Shown one piece after another: positions 20,654-30,508 of a stretch of DNA of 64,000 bases (positions are counted from its first letter, which is position 1; the number at the start of each line of letters is the position of its first letter). The notes beneath the pieces were generated by a model, which searched no databases, was not told where the DNA came from, and saw only the letters and a program-made list of their open reading frames with translations. This DNA is from Dehalococcoidia bacterium (GTDB taxonomy: Bacteria; Chloroflexota; Dehalococcoidia; SpSt-223), in NCBI GenBank assembly GCA_026003895.1, contig BPIC01000005.1:288941-352940 (forward strand), given 5' to 3'. Both the position numbers and the translations under genes were made by a program.

Positions 20654-23600
20654 GTGAGCGACTCCCCGGGACTGAGCCGGATACGCGCCGACCTCGCCCC
20701 CTATTCGCGGACGCTCGTCCGCGAGTTTGACGATGCCGCGGCCGCCATCCTGCCGCGCATCTCGCCGTCCGCTTTCGACCACTGGTGCGAGGAAGTACTC
20801 CAGATTGCTCGCTCGTCGTTTCGTTCGTGGGAGACGGCTGCCGAGTTCTTGCGAGTTTCTCCGACCATGTCTGAGCGGCTGGATGAGCCGGGCTTGCTGG
20901 AATGGGCACGGATCGCTCGCGAATTGACTCTGGCCTCCTCGATTGTAGCGGCCGCCTACATCCAAGCCTCCCCGCGCATTGCAGGTCGGCTTGCCTCGGC
21001 AGATCTCGGCCGTTGGGCGGCGTTGGGCCGCCGGCTCCATGGCGATAGCTGGAAGTCCATCTCGCTGGCGACGAGGTACTTTGAAGAAAGCCCGGCGCTG
21101 CTCGATGCGCTCGGGATCGACTCGCTGGAGACCTTTGTGGACTTCCTCGCCGGGGTTGCCCAGCGTTCCTACGACGGTGCGGCGGACTGCCTGGAAAACG
21201 GCGCACGGATTGTGGCGCGGATCCCGCCAAAAGACCGGCCGGGGATGCTCGAGTTGGTGCGGCGTCTCGCGCCACGAAGTTGGAAAACCGCGCAGAGCAT
21301 CTTCAAAGAGGGGCCGACTCTGTTTCGGGGTATCGACGGGGAGCTCCGGACTTGGCTCATCACGCTCACGAGCCAACTCGCCGATCGCGAGCCCGACGAC
21401 GCGCTCGACTTTCTCAAAGAAATGGTAGCGGCGTTACTGGCAGCGCCTGAGGCCGACCGGCTCGACCTCACGCACCAAGCAGAGGCCCTCTTTGCGACAA
21501 GTTGGCGCGCGGCAACCGCGTTCATACGGAGCGCTCCGGCGGTTCGCGAGCGGGCCGGCAGTGCTGGCTTCCAAGCGTGGTACAACCACGGCGCAGAACT
21601 GTTGGCCGAGAGTCAAGAGGCCGGCAGTGCCTTCTTCCGCATGCAGTCCAGCCGCGCCAAACAGGTGTTGGAGCTGGTTTCACCCGGGGTTGCCTTCGAG
21701 TCGGTGCGCCCATTGCTTCAGATGTATTGCGAAGCGCTTTCCGGCCGGCGGCTGCGGGTGGTGAGCACCGCCGACCTGCAGGAACGCGCCGTCGGCTGGA
21801 CGAACGTCGAGCGGCCGGCGACTGACGGCGCGTCCGTGCACCTGCCAGCATACATCGAGGAATACGGCGACAAGCGGCAAAATTTTGCCGCGTATAAGGT
21901 CTTGTCGACCCACCAGGCGGGCCATCTTGAGTTTGGAACCTTCGGCTTCGACTTCAACCGCCCGGCAGCGGTCCATCGGCGGAATCTGCGGGCCGAGCTT
22001 GCCGTGCCGCCCACTGGAGCTGCCTTCGAACGGTTTTTCGACGCCTTCGACAATCGCGCCTTGGCGAAGGATCTTTTTGCGGTAGCCGAAGACTTTCGAA
22101 TCGACCAACGGTTGCGCAGCGAATACCCGGGGATCCGCCGACCACTCTCCGAGGTCCAGGCGTTTGCGCTCGCGTCCCGGCCAAGTCGCCCGCGCCCATT
22201 TCACGAGCAGATGGTCGAGCTTTTGATTCGCCTCTCACTTGGCATGGAGCCGACCGACGACTTCGAAACGGCGCTCCACCGCTTGATCGCGCCGCTGGCG
22301 CAGCGCGAGGCGACGGTGGAGGACGCTGCCGAAGCGACCATTCGGCTCTATCGATTCGTCGCCCAGCTCCCGAATATTCCCTTGATGGGCGATACTCTTG
22401 AGCATCTCCGGCTGGATCCTGACGACCTGTCGATTCAGCTTGCCGACGGCGGGACGCCGGATTTCGGTTCCGCCCAGCCGTATCACTCACCCGACCCGGT
22501 GGGCTATCGCGATGAGCTGAAGCCGGAATTGGTCGAAGCGATGGCCCGTGCCCGCGAGTCGAATCAGCAGGCGGGCGAGGCGAGCGGTCTCTCCGCCGAG
22601 CAGCTCGGCCAGTTGCTAGAGAAGAGTGGCGAGCTTGACCTCGGTGACCTCAGTCAAGGCGAGGCGCGCAACAGCCTCGGGACCTTCGTCACCAACATCC
22701 TCCGGGAAGCGGGACAAGGAGCACAGTCCGGACAAGCCCAGACCGCTGGGGAGCCGGGTCGCCACGCGACCGCGGTGCGCCATGCGCTCGGCGCCAGTGA
22801 CCCGAAGGTCTTTCTTTATGATGAATGGGACTTCCGGGCGAACGATTATCGTCCGGCATGGTGCCGCCTCAAGGAGCAGGTGCTCCAAGAAGGCAGCATC
22901 GAGTTCTTCGAACGGACGCTTGTCAGCCACCAAGCGCTGGTGAGTGAGATCCGCCGCCAGTTCGAAATGCTTCGGCCCGAGGCGTTCAAGCGGATCAAGA
23001 ACCTTCAGCACGGCGAGGAATTCGACCTCGACGCCACGATTGACGCGATTGCTCAGCGCCGCGCCGGTCAAACACCGTCCGACAAGCTGTATTGGCGGAA
23101 GAACAAGAGCGACCGCGACGTCGCCGTAGCCTTTCTCCTCGACATGAGCGCTTCCACCGACGAGGAGATTGAGGAGCGGCCCCGCTCAACGATGTACGTC
23201 GATCCACCGCCAGCAATTCGCTGGGACCGGCCGAACGGATGGCGGTGGCAGTGGGACGAGCCGCTCGAGGAACCACGCAAGCGCATCATTGATGTCGAGA
23301 AGGAAAGTCTTGTTCTCCTGATCAAGGCACTTGAGACGATCGGTGACACCTATGGCATCTACGGCTTTTCGGGGTACGGCCGCGAGAATGTCGAATTCTT
23401 TACCATCAAGGATCTTGACGAGCGGTTAAGCGACCGCGTGAAGCGCCGCGTTGATAAGATCAGCCCTGTCCAAGGCACGCGAATGGGCCCCGCGATACGC
23501 CACTGCGTGACGAAACTCCGCCAAGTTGAAGCGAAACTCAAACTGTTGATCCTTCTTTCCGATGGTCGGCCGCAAGATCACGAGTATGGTCGCGATCGAA

Positions 23601-23806
23601 CGGAGAAGGATTACGCTATCCATGACACTCGAATGGCGCTGCTCGAGGCCAAGCGAGCCGCTATTGTGCCGTTCTGCCTCACCGTGGACCGATTCGGCCA
23701 CGATTACTTGAAGGCGATGTGTGGTGACATCGGGTATGAAGTCGTCTATGAGATCGGAATGTTGCCAAAGCGACTACCCGCTCTCTATCGGCGGCTGACG
23801 ACGTGA
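20654..23806 (+). CDS. CbbO/NorD-like von Willebrand factor A domain protein (partner of the CbbQ/NorQ ATPase)
   Basis: 1050 aa. C-terminal VWA domain with MIDAS (VAFLLDMSASTDE ... LILLSDGRP). Sits 4 nt after the CbbQ/NorQ-like gene, as in norQD/cbbQO pairs. The N-terminal ~750 aa has no domain I can name. Confidence 0.8.
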   Translation: MSDSPGLSRIRADLAPYSRTLVREFDDAAAAILPRISPSAFDHWCEEVLQIARSSFRSWETAAEFLRVSPTMSERLDEPGLLEWARIARELTLASSIVAAAYIQASPRIAGRLASADLGRWAALGRRLHGDSWKSISLATRYFEESPALLDALGIDSLETFVDFLAGVAQRSYDGAADCLENGARIVARIPPKDRPGMLELVRRLAPRSWKTAQSIFKEGPTLFRGIDGELRTWLITLTSQLADREPDDALDFLKEMVAALLAAPEADRLDLTHQAEALFATSWRAATAFIRSAPAVRERAGSAGFQAWYNHGAELLAESQEAGSAFFRMQSSRAKQVLELVSPGVAFESVRPLLQMYCEALSGRRLRVVSTADLQERAVGWTNVERPATDGASVHLPAYIEEYGDKRQNFAAYKVLSTHQAGHLEFGTFGFDFNRPAAVHRRNLRAELAVPPTGAAFERFFDAFDNRALAKDLFAVAEDFRIDQRLRSEYPGIRRPLSEVQAFALASRPSRPRPFHEQMVELLIRLSLGMEPTDDFETALHRLIAPLAQREATVEDAAEATIRLYRFVAQLPNIPLMGDTLEHLRLDPDDLSIQLADGGTPDFGSAQPYHSPDPVGYRDELKPELVEAMARARESNQQAGEASGLSAEQLGQLLEKSGELDLGDLSQGEARNSLGTFVTNILREAGQGAQSGQAQTAGEPGRHATAVRHALGASDPKVFLYDEWDFRANDYRPAWCRLKEQVLQEGSIEFFERTLVSHQALVSEIRRQFEMLRPEAFKRIKNLQHGEEFDLDATIDAIAQRRAGQTPSDKLYWRKNKSDRDVAVAFLLDMSASTDEEIEERPRSTMYVDPPPAIRWDRPNGWRWQWDEPLEEPRKRIIDVEKESLVLLIKALETIGDTYGIYGFSGYGRENVEFFTIKDLDERLSDRVKRRVDKISPVQGTRMGPAIRHCVTKLRQVEAKLKLLILLSDGRPQDHEYGRDRTEKDYAIHDTRMALLEAKRAAIVPFCLTVDRFGHDYLKAMCGDIGYEVVYEIGMLPKRLPALYRRLTT

Positions 23807-25041
23807 TGGAGGCCGTGATGGCAAAGGCCACCGAGTCAGCGCCCCTGCGCCGCCGGCGGATTCTCCTCGCCGACGATCAAGACAGCATTCGCCACCTTGT
23901 CGCTGCAACCTTGGGCGGGGATCAGTTCGAGTTGGCGTACGCAACGAACGGCCGCGAGGCACTTGACTTCGCGATCCGCGAACACCCCGATCTCATCTTG
24001 CTTGACGTCAGCATGCCGATATTGGATGGGTTCGAAGTTTGCCGGGCGTTGAAGCAGCGCTCGTCCACGGGTGACATCAAAGTCGTGTTTCTCTCGGCTC
24101 TGGACAGCGACGCCGACCGCAAGCAAGGGATGGCGTCCGGTGCTGATGAGTACATCGTCAAACCCTTCAGCCCGTTGTTCCTGCTCCAAACGATCCAGCA
24201 TCTCCTCGACGACGACGTCTCCAAAGACACGCGGCCGGGCACCGTCGATCAGCGCCGATTTGAGCCCGTCGAGTTTGTCACGTCGACTCTTGCTCGCTAT
24301 CCCTCATCCTTCTTGGAATCGGACCGCGCGATGCCGGCTGGTGGCGCCGAGTTGCAACGCTCGGAAAGCCAGTTGTTGATCTATGCCGAGGAGCTGAACC
24401 AAGCCTATCGCGAGCTCCAAGCGACCTACTTTTCGACGTTGCAAGCACTGGCTGCGGCAATCGACGCTCGTGATCCGTATACCTTTGGACACTCGCAGCG
24501 CGTTTCTTATTACACCGTTGAAATCGCAAAGCTCATGGGCCTCGAGAGCGGAGCGATCGAGGTTCTGCGCCGTGCTGCTCTCTTGCATGACATTGGGAAA
24601 ATCGGCGTGCCCGATTCAACGCTGCTGAAACCTGGTCCGCTCAACGCTGCCGAGTGGGCAGTGATGAAACGCCATCCGGAGATCGGCGAGCAAATGATTG
24701 CTGGGCTGAAGTTTCTCGCGGAAGCCGCGCCGTTTATTCGGTGTCATCACGAGCGTTGGGACGGCCGCGGCTACCCTGACCGGCTGCGCCACGATCAGAT
24801 TCCGTTGGGAGCACGCATCCTTAGCGTCGCCGATGCGTTTGATGCCATGACCTCGACTCGGCCCTACCGGCCAGCCCTTAGCGTCGAAGAGGCACGCGCC
24901 GAGGCGGAGCGCGGCCGTCATCGGCAGTTCGATGCCCGAGTCGTCGACGCGTTTCAAGACGGTATTCGGGCGATCGAAGCGATTCTGCGCCGAGAAAGCG
25001 CGCGTTCGTCCGCCATGCGCTCTGGAAGAGCCGTCGAGTGA
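23803..25041 (+). CDS. response regulator with REC receiver domain and HD-GYP phosphohydrolase domain
   Basis: REC motifs (ILLADDQDS, LILLDVSMP, phospho-acceptor Asp context) followed by an HD-GYP domain (HSQRVSYYTVEIAKLMG, LLHDIGKIGVPD, HHERWDGRGYP). Start overlaps the VWA gene stop (GTGATG/TGA). Confidence 0.85.
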   Translation: MMEAVMAKATESAPLRRRRILLADDQDSIRHLVAATLGGDQFELAYATNGREALDFAIREHPDLILLDVSMPILDGFEVCRALKQRSSTGDIKVVFLSALDSDADRKQGMASGADEYIVKPFSPLFLLQTIQHLLDDDVSKDTRPGTVDQRRFEPVEFVTSTLARYPSSFLESDRAMPAGGAELQRSESQLLIYAEELNQAYRELQATYFSTLQALAAAIDARDPYTFGHSQRVSYYTVEIAKLMGLESGAIEVLRRAALLHDIGKIGVPDSTLLKPGPLNAAEWAVMKRHPEIGEQMIAGLKFLAEAAPFIRCHHERWDGRGYPDRLRHDQIPLGARILSVADAFDAMTSTRPYRPALSVEEARAEAERGRHRQFDARVVDAFQDGIRAIEAILRRESARSSAMRSGRAVE

Positions 25042-25129
25042 CCGTGGACCGGGGCTTGTTCGCGCCGCGGCGGCGGGGAATTGGGCGGACGGGGCAGCCG
25101 GGCCCGGCAGAGTTGCCAGTTCTGATTGG

Positions 25130-26497
25130 TTGATTGTGATCACCGGGCCCAACGAACTCCGAAGACTGCCGAGTGTCGATGCGCTGCTTCGCCACTCAGA
25201 GCTGACGGACCTGCAGCACGCGCTCGGCCACCGAGCCGTCGCCAATCTGGCGCGTCGAGTGCTTGACAGCGCCCGGGCTGCCATTGCGGCGGGATCGGGT
25301 GCCCCCAGCCTCGACTCATTGATCCACGAAGTTGCGGCGTTGGCGGCGCCGCTCGTGGCGGGTCCGCTCGTCCCGGTGATCAACGCAACGGGCGTGGTGA
25401 TCCACACCAACCTTGGCCGCGCTCCCCTTGCGCCAGACGCAGCGGCAGCGGCGCTCGATCTCGCTCAAGGCTACAGCAATCTTGAATATGACCTTGACGC
25501 CGGTAGCCGAGGCTCTCGCGATCGACATCTGGAGTGGCTGCTCACCCAAGTGACTGGCGCCGAGGCAGGGCTTGCCGTGAACAACAATGCGGCGGCGCTG
25601 TTGCTCGCGCTCTCGGCGTTGGCCGCAGGTCGAGAAGCCATTGTGTCGCGCGGACAAGCGGTCGAGATCGGCGGTGGCTTCCGCATTCCCGATGTGATGC
25701 GCCAGAGCGGGACGCGCCTCGTTGAGGTTGGAACTACGAACCGGACCTATCTCCGCGATTACGAAGAAGCGATCACGCCCGAAACGGCGGTGCTGCTCAA
25801 AGTGCATAGCAGCAATTTCGCCATCGTCGGCTTCACCCATGAAGTGGGAATTGAGGAACTCGCGCGGCTCGCTGAGGAACGAGGTCTTTGCGCTCTCGAC
25901 GACCTCGGCAGTGGCTGTCTCCTCGACACAAAGCAGTTTGGACTCGCCCACGAACCAATGGTACAAACCAGCGTTGCCGCCGGCGCCGGTATCGTCTGCT
26001 TTTCCGGCGACAAGCTCCTCGGTGGGCCGCAGGCGGGGGTGATTGTCGGCCGACGGCACTACATCGACCGGTTACGACGACACCCGCTCGCCCGCGCTGT
26101 CCGTATCGACAAGGTGACTCTCGCCGCGCTTGTCGCTACCCTGCGGCACTATCTGCGGGGCGACGCCGAACGCACGATTCCTGTCTGGCGCATGATCGCT
26201 ACGCCGCTTGCCAACTTGGGCGAACGCGCCGGTCGGCTGGCGGCGGCGCTTGCAGGCGAGGTGATCCCCGGTCGGTCGACGGTGGGCGGTGGCAGTCTTC
26301 CCGGTCAGACGATGGAGACGCGCCTCGTGGCCCTGCGGGACTCTGCGCCGGACGCCTTGGCGGCGCGGCTCCGGCGCGGGCGGCCGGCGGTCGTTGCCAG
26401 AGTGGACGAGGGACGGTTGGTATTGGACCCGCGGACCGTGCTTCCGGAGCAGGACGACGCGCTCATCGCCGCTGTGCGCGCGGCCCGTCAGTCGTAA
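25130..26497 (+). CDS. selA: L-seryl-tRNA(Sec) selenium transferase (selenocysteine synthase)
   Basis: Collinear with E. coli SelA: RLPSVDALL, INATGVVIHTNLGRA, LEYDLD, VNNNAAALLL, GGGFRIPDVMRQSGTRLVEVGTTNRT, SSNF, FSGDKLLGGPQAG. Start is approximate (TTG 25130 or GTG 25136). The longer ORF from 24932 overlaps the HD-GYP gene. Confidence 0.85.
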   Translation: MIVITGPNELRRLPSVDALLRHSELTDLQHALGHRAVANLARRVLDSARAAIAAGSGAPSLDSLIHEVAALAAPLVAGPLVPVINATGVVIHTNLGRAPLAPDAAAAALDLAQGYSNLEYDLDAGSRGSRDRHLEWLLTQVTGAEAGLAVNNNAAALLLALSALAAGREAIVSRGQAVEIGGGFRIPDVMRQSGTRLVEVGTTNRTYLRDYEEAITPETAVLLKVHSSNFAIVGFTHEVGIEELARLAEERGLCALDDLGSGCLLDTKQFGLAHEPMVQTSVAAGAGIVCFSGDKLLGGPQAGVIVGRRHYIDRLRRHPLARAVRIDKVTLAALVATLRHYLRGDAERTIPVWRMIATPLANLGERAGRLAAALAGEVIPGRSTVGGGSLPGQTMETRLVALRDSAPDALAARLRRGRPAVVARVDEGRLVLDPRTVLPEQDDALIAAVRAARQS

Positions 26498-28629
26498 AGG
26501 CCCGCCGACACCGCGCGACGGCTGTCCGGTGGCTCCACCGACCCTTCGACCTCGAGCGCATCCATGATTCGAGCCGCCCGGTTATAGCCGACCCGAAGCT
26601 TTCGCTGCAGGAAGGAAACGGAAACGCGACCGTGCTCTTCGACGAGTCGGCGCGCCTCCTCAAGCATGGGGTCCCCGTCCTGATCGTCGAGGAGATCGTC
26701 CGGCAAGTTCACGAGCTCGTCCACATACTGGGGTGGCCGGGCGGCCTTCCACCAAGCGACAAGGCGATCCACTTCGGCGTCGGAGACGAACACGCCCTGC
26801 AGCCGCACCGGCTTCAGCGCGTCCGGTGGGGCATACAGCATGTCGCCGCGGCCGAGCAGTTTTTCCGCGCCGACTTGGTCAAGTATCGTTCGCGAGTCGA
26901 TCGACGAGCTCACGGCGAAGGCGATCCGTGTCGGCACATTTGCTTTGATGAGCCCGGTGACGACGTCGACGGAGGGCCGTTGCGTGGCGATGATGAGGTG
27001 GATGCCGGTGGCACGGGCGAGCTGGGCGAGGCGCACGACGATCCGCTCGACCTCCTCCGAAGCGACCATCATCAGGTCCGCTAGCTCGTCGATGATGACG
27101 ACGAGGAACGGCAGAGGTTGGACCCCGTCACGAATGCGCCGCTGATTGTAGCTCTCGATGTTCCGCGCCCCGGCGTCGGCGAACGCCTTGTAGCGTTCCT
27201 CCATTTCCTTCAACACCCAGCGGAGCGCCCCCACGACCTTCGGCGCGTCCACGATCACCGGCGCAAGAAGGTGAGGGATGTCGTTGTAGCCAACCATCTC
27301 AACCCGCTTCGGGTCGACCATCAATATCCGAACTTCCTCTGGCGAGGTGTGCATCAGGAGAGAGGCAATCATCGCGTTGACACAGACCGATTTGCCGCTT
27401 CCGGTTGCGCCGGCGATCAGGCAGTGCGGCATCCGTGCGAGGTCGGCGACCACGGGGTTTCCGGCGACGTCTTGACCAAGCGCGAGCGCCAGCTTGGTCT
27501 TCGTTCGCAGCCGTTGGAATTGTGGGGACTCGATGACCCGGCGGAGCGACACCATTGTCGACGAGACGTTCGGCACCTCGAGGCCGACAAAGGGCTTGCC
27601 TGGCACGGGCGCTTCGATGCGAACGCTGGGTACCGCGAGCGCCAGCGCCAGATCGTTCGCCAATCCAAGGATGCGGCTCACTTTGACACGGACGCGAGAC
27701 ACTTCCTCGATCCGCACCTTTGGATTGCCGTTTTTGTCGTAGAGGATGCGCCCCTCGGCGTCCCGCTCGCGGATCTCACGCGTGCGCACCTCCCAGCCTG
27801 GCTCCACCGCAAACTGCGTGACGCTGGGACCTTGATTCACCTCGACGACCTTAGCGTCGACGCCGTATTCGGCGAGGGTGCTCTCGATCTTTTTCACCCG
27901 GCCCTCGATGTCGACGGGCGCGAACTCGGTTTGAACCGGAGGATCAAGCAGGTCTACCGGCGGCAAGGGACCTGCTGGAACGAAGACGGGCTCCGCTTTG
28001 GGCTTTTCTCCTTTCGAGGTTGAAGCGGCTGGCTGGGGCGGAGCGACTACCGCCTCAGGCGCCGGCGTGGTGACTGGAGATTCGGCAGCAGGACGCCGCC
28101 GCTTGGGCAGCGAAGGCAAGGCTGGCAGCGAAACTCGGGGACGCGCCGAGACGGCACGTTTGGCGAGCCGCGGTGTCCGGGCGACAAGCAAGCGCAGCCA
28201 GCTCGCCGTCGATTTGGCCAGATCCCACGCGCGGCTCGGCCAGCAGGCCGCCCAAGCCACGCTCAGCAGAATCAGCAGGCGCAGAGCGACCCAACCGTCG
28301 AACTGGCCGCCGGACAGCCAGCGGCCTACCTCGCCGCCACCTCCGACCCGATCGAGGCGGACGTCGCCGAGTTGCATTGCCGGGGCGGTGAGTCCAAGCA
28401 CGGTGTATGCCGCGATCCAGAGCGCCACCGCGGCGAGGCCGTAGCGAGGAGCAAAGGCAAAGGGCCAGACTCGCCCGGTCCAGAGCGCAAACGCCGCTAG
28501 GAGCAGCACTGCCACGACAAGCGGAAGCCCGAGTCCGAACCCGGCGAAGAGCGCATTTTGGACACGCGACCCAAGATCAGGAAGGTACCGGCCGAAGAAA
28601 AAAAGCGCCGCCGCCGCGGCAAGCACCAA
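26488..28629 (-). CDS. ftsK: DNA translocase FtsK/SpoIIIE family
   Basis: N-terminal TM helices, a Pro/Ala-rich linker, the motor domain with Walker A (LIAGATGSGKSVCVNAMI) and a C-terminal winged-helix gamma domain. Confidence 0.9.
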   Translation of the reverse strand: MVLAAAAALFFFGRYLPDLGSRVQNALFAGFGLGLPLVVAVLLLAAFALWTGRVWPFAFAPRYGLAAVALWIAAYTVLGLTAPAMQLGDVRLDRVGGGGEVGRWLSGGQFDGWVALRLLILLSVAWAACWPSRAWDLAKSTASWLRLLVARTPRLAKRAVSARPRVSLPALPSLPKRRRPAAESPVTTPAPEAVVAPPQPAASTSKGEKPKAEPVFVPAGPLPPVDLLDPPVQTEFAPVDIEGRVKKIESTLAEYGVDAKVVEVNQGPSVTQFAVEPGWEVRTREIRERDAEGRILYDKNGNPKVRIEEVSRVRVKVSRILGLANDLALALAVPSVRIEAPVPGKPFVGLEVPNVSSTMVSLRRVIESPQFQRLRTKTKLALALGQDVAGNPVVADLARMPHCLIAGATGSGKSVCVNAMIASLLMHTSPEEVRILMVDPKRVEMVGYNDIPHLLAPVIVDAPKVVGALRWVLKEMEERYKAFADAGARNIESYNQRRIRDGVQPLPFLVVIIDELADLMMVASEEVERIVVRLAQLARATGIHLIIATQRPSVDVVTGLIKANVPTRIAFAVSSSIDSRTILDQVGAEKLLGRGDMLYAPPDALKPVRLQGVFVSDAEVDRLVAWWKAARPPQYVDELVNLPDDLLDDQDGDPMLEEARRLVEEHGRVSVSFLQRKLRVGYNRAARIMDALEVEGSVEPPDSRRAVSAGLYD

Positions 28630-28746
28630 CGACCCGCCGAGCCAGCGCCGCAGCGGCCCGAGCCGTATGCGGAATCGCGGACGGGACGAACGAGGCTGCG
28701 ACCGCCGCGCCTTACGCCTCGGGATGGCCGCCTCCCCGCACGCCGC

Positions 28747-30405
28747 TCAGACCTCGACCACGATCGGCAAAATCATGGGACGTTGCCGAGTCTGATCCCA
28801 AATAAATCGGCCCAAAACCTCGCGGACTCGGTTGGTCACGGTTTTCCACTCTGAGCGATGCGGCTCGAATTCGTGGCGCAACTCGCCCGCGACCGCGTCG
28901 CGCGCCTTTGCGATGAGCGTCGGCAGGTTGCCCGGGTACACGAATCCGCGGCAGAGAATATCGGGCTCGTTGACGAGACGCGAGGACTGACGATCGACTT
29001 CGAAGACGACAACGAGGATGCCGTCGGATGCGAGCTGTCGGCGGTCGCGGAGGATGACGTTGGTCACGTCGCCAACCGCGAGGCCATCGACATACACCTC
29101 ATTGATTGGGAGTTGGTCGATCACCGTTGCGCCTCGCTCGTCGATTTCGAGCACCTCCCCGTCCTCGAGGACGAAAATCTGTTCGTCCTGCATTCCGACG
29201 GCCTGCGCGAGCTTGGCATGCTGAACAAGCATCCGGTATTCGCCGTGGATCGGCACGAAGTACTTCGGCCGGACCAGGTTCAGCATCATCTTGAGCTCTT
29301 CCTGACTGGCGTGGCCCTGCACGTGGACATCACTGACCCGACTATAAAGAACCTCGGCCCCCTGCTTGAAGAGGTTATCGATAGTCCGGTTGATCAGTGT
29401 CTCGTTGCCGGGGATCGGAGTCGCCGAGATCACCACAGTGTCGCCGGGGACGATCTTGATCAGCCGATGCTCCCGCGTCGCCATCCGGGCGAGCGACGAC
29501 ATGGGCTCGCCTTGGCTCCCCGTCGTGATGATCGCGATCTCGCGACCGTGGTAGCGCGTGACGTCTTCCGGCCGGACGAGCGTACCGGGCGGCGCCGAGA
29601 GATAGCCAAGCTCGGAGGCGATTTGGACATTCTGTTCCATACTGCGGCCAATGATTGCGACCTTGCGATTCGTCCGGACCGCGGCGTCGATGACCTGCTG
29701 GATGCGGGCAATCAGCGAGGCAAAGGTGGCGACGATGATTCGCCCGGGCGCTTCGTAGAAGACATTGAGGAGGGCCCGCGAGACGGCTTGTTCCGAGGGT
29801 GTATACCCGGGCCGCTCGGCGTACGTAGAGTCTGAACAGAGCGCCAGCACCCCCTCGTCGCCGAGCCGCGCGAGGCGTGCGAAGTCAGCCGGCATGCCAT
29901 CCACTGGCGTGTGATCGAACTTGAAATCGCCAGTGTGCACGATCGTCCCGAGCCGTGTGCGGATGGCCAGTCCGACCGAATCGGGGATACTGTGATTCAC
30001 GCGGAATGGCTCGACACGGAATCCACCGAGAGCGATGCTGTCGCCGGGTCCGTACTCGAACAACGGCACGTCGTCGATCAGGCGATGCTCGCGCAGCTTG
30101 ACGCGGATCAGCCCAGCCGCAAGGCGCGTCGCCCAGATTGGAGTTCCTTTCAGCCGCGGGATGACGTAGGGGATCGCGCCGATGTGGTCTTCGTGCCCGT
30201 GGGTGATGACGATGCCGCGCAAACGGTCGCGGTTTTCTTGCAGATAGGTGATGTCTGGGATGACGAGGTCGATCCCCAGCATCTCCTCTTCCGGGAATTG
30301 CAATCCGCAATCGACGACCAGCAGATCATCGCCGGTATCGATGGCCAGCATGTTCTTGCCGATTTCGCCCAACCCACCGAGCGGGATCAAACGTACTGCG
30401 CTCAC
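28747..30405 (-). CDS. rnj: ribonuclease J (metallo-beta-lactamase / beta-CASP)
   Basis: IPLGGLGEIGKNM, HGHEDHIGAIPY and a beta-CASP region. GTG start at 30405 is chosen by N-terminal alignment to RNase J. The ORF extends to 30516 but would overlap the divergent PHP gene. Confidence 0.85.
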   Translation of the reverse strand: MSAVRLIPLGGLGEIGKNMLAIDTGDDLLVVDCGLQFPEEEMLGIDLVIPDITYLQENRDRLRGIVITHGHEDHIGAIPYVIPRLKGTPIWATRLAAGLIRVKLREHRLIDDVPLFEYGPGDSIALGGFRVEPFRVNHSIPDSVGLAIRTRLGTIVHTGDFKFDHTPVDGMPADFARLARLGDEGVLALCSDSTYAERPGYTPSEQAVSRALLNVFYEAPGRIIVATFASLIARIQQVIDAAVRTNRKVAIIGRSMEQNVQIASELGYLSAPPGTLVRPEDVTRYHGREIAIITTGSQGEPMSSLARMATREHRLIKIVPGDTVVISATPIPGNETLINRTIDNLFKQGAEVLYSRVSDVHVQGHASQEELKMMLNLVRPKYFVPIHGEYRMLVQHAKLAQAVGMQDEQIFVLEDGEVLEIDERGATVIDQLPINEVYVDGLAVGDVTNVILRDRRQLASDGILVVVFEVDRQSSRLVNEPDILCRGFVYPGNLPTLIAKARDAVAGELRHEFEPHRSEWKTVTNRVREVLGRFIWDQTRQRPMILPIVVEV

Positions 30406-30508
30406 GGTCTCACGTGCCTCCAGCCGGATACCGCGGAGTATAGCCCGGCTTGCCCTTTCCTCTGCCGGGTCGTATCGTTCCATTTGTATCCAATCGAGGG
30501 AGAACCGC

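Noticed and set aside
23803-25041. Possibility that the HD-GYP response regulator belongs to a two-component pair with an adjacent kinase
   Set aside because: No histidine kinase gene in the flanking 10 kb. Treated as an orphan regulator coupled to the QD pair instead.
25888-28023. Long plus-strand ORFs (25888-27084, 27118-28023) overlapping selA and antisense to ftsK
   Set aside because: Arg/Ala/Gly-rich nonsense translation. The ftsK and selA frames carry clear family motifs.
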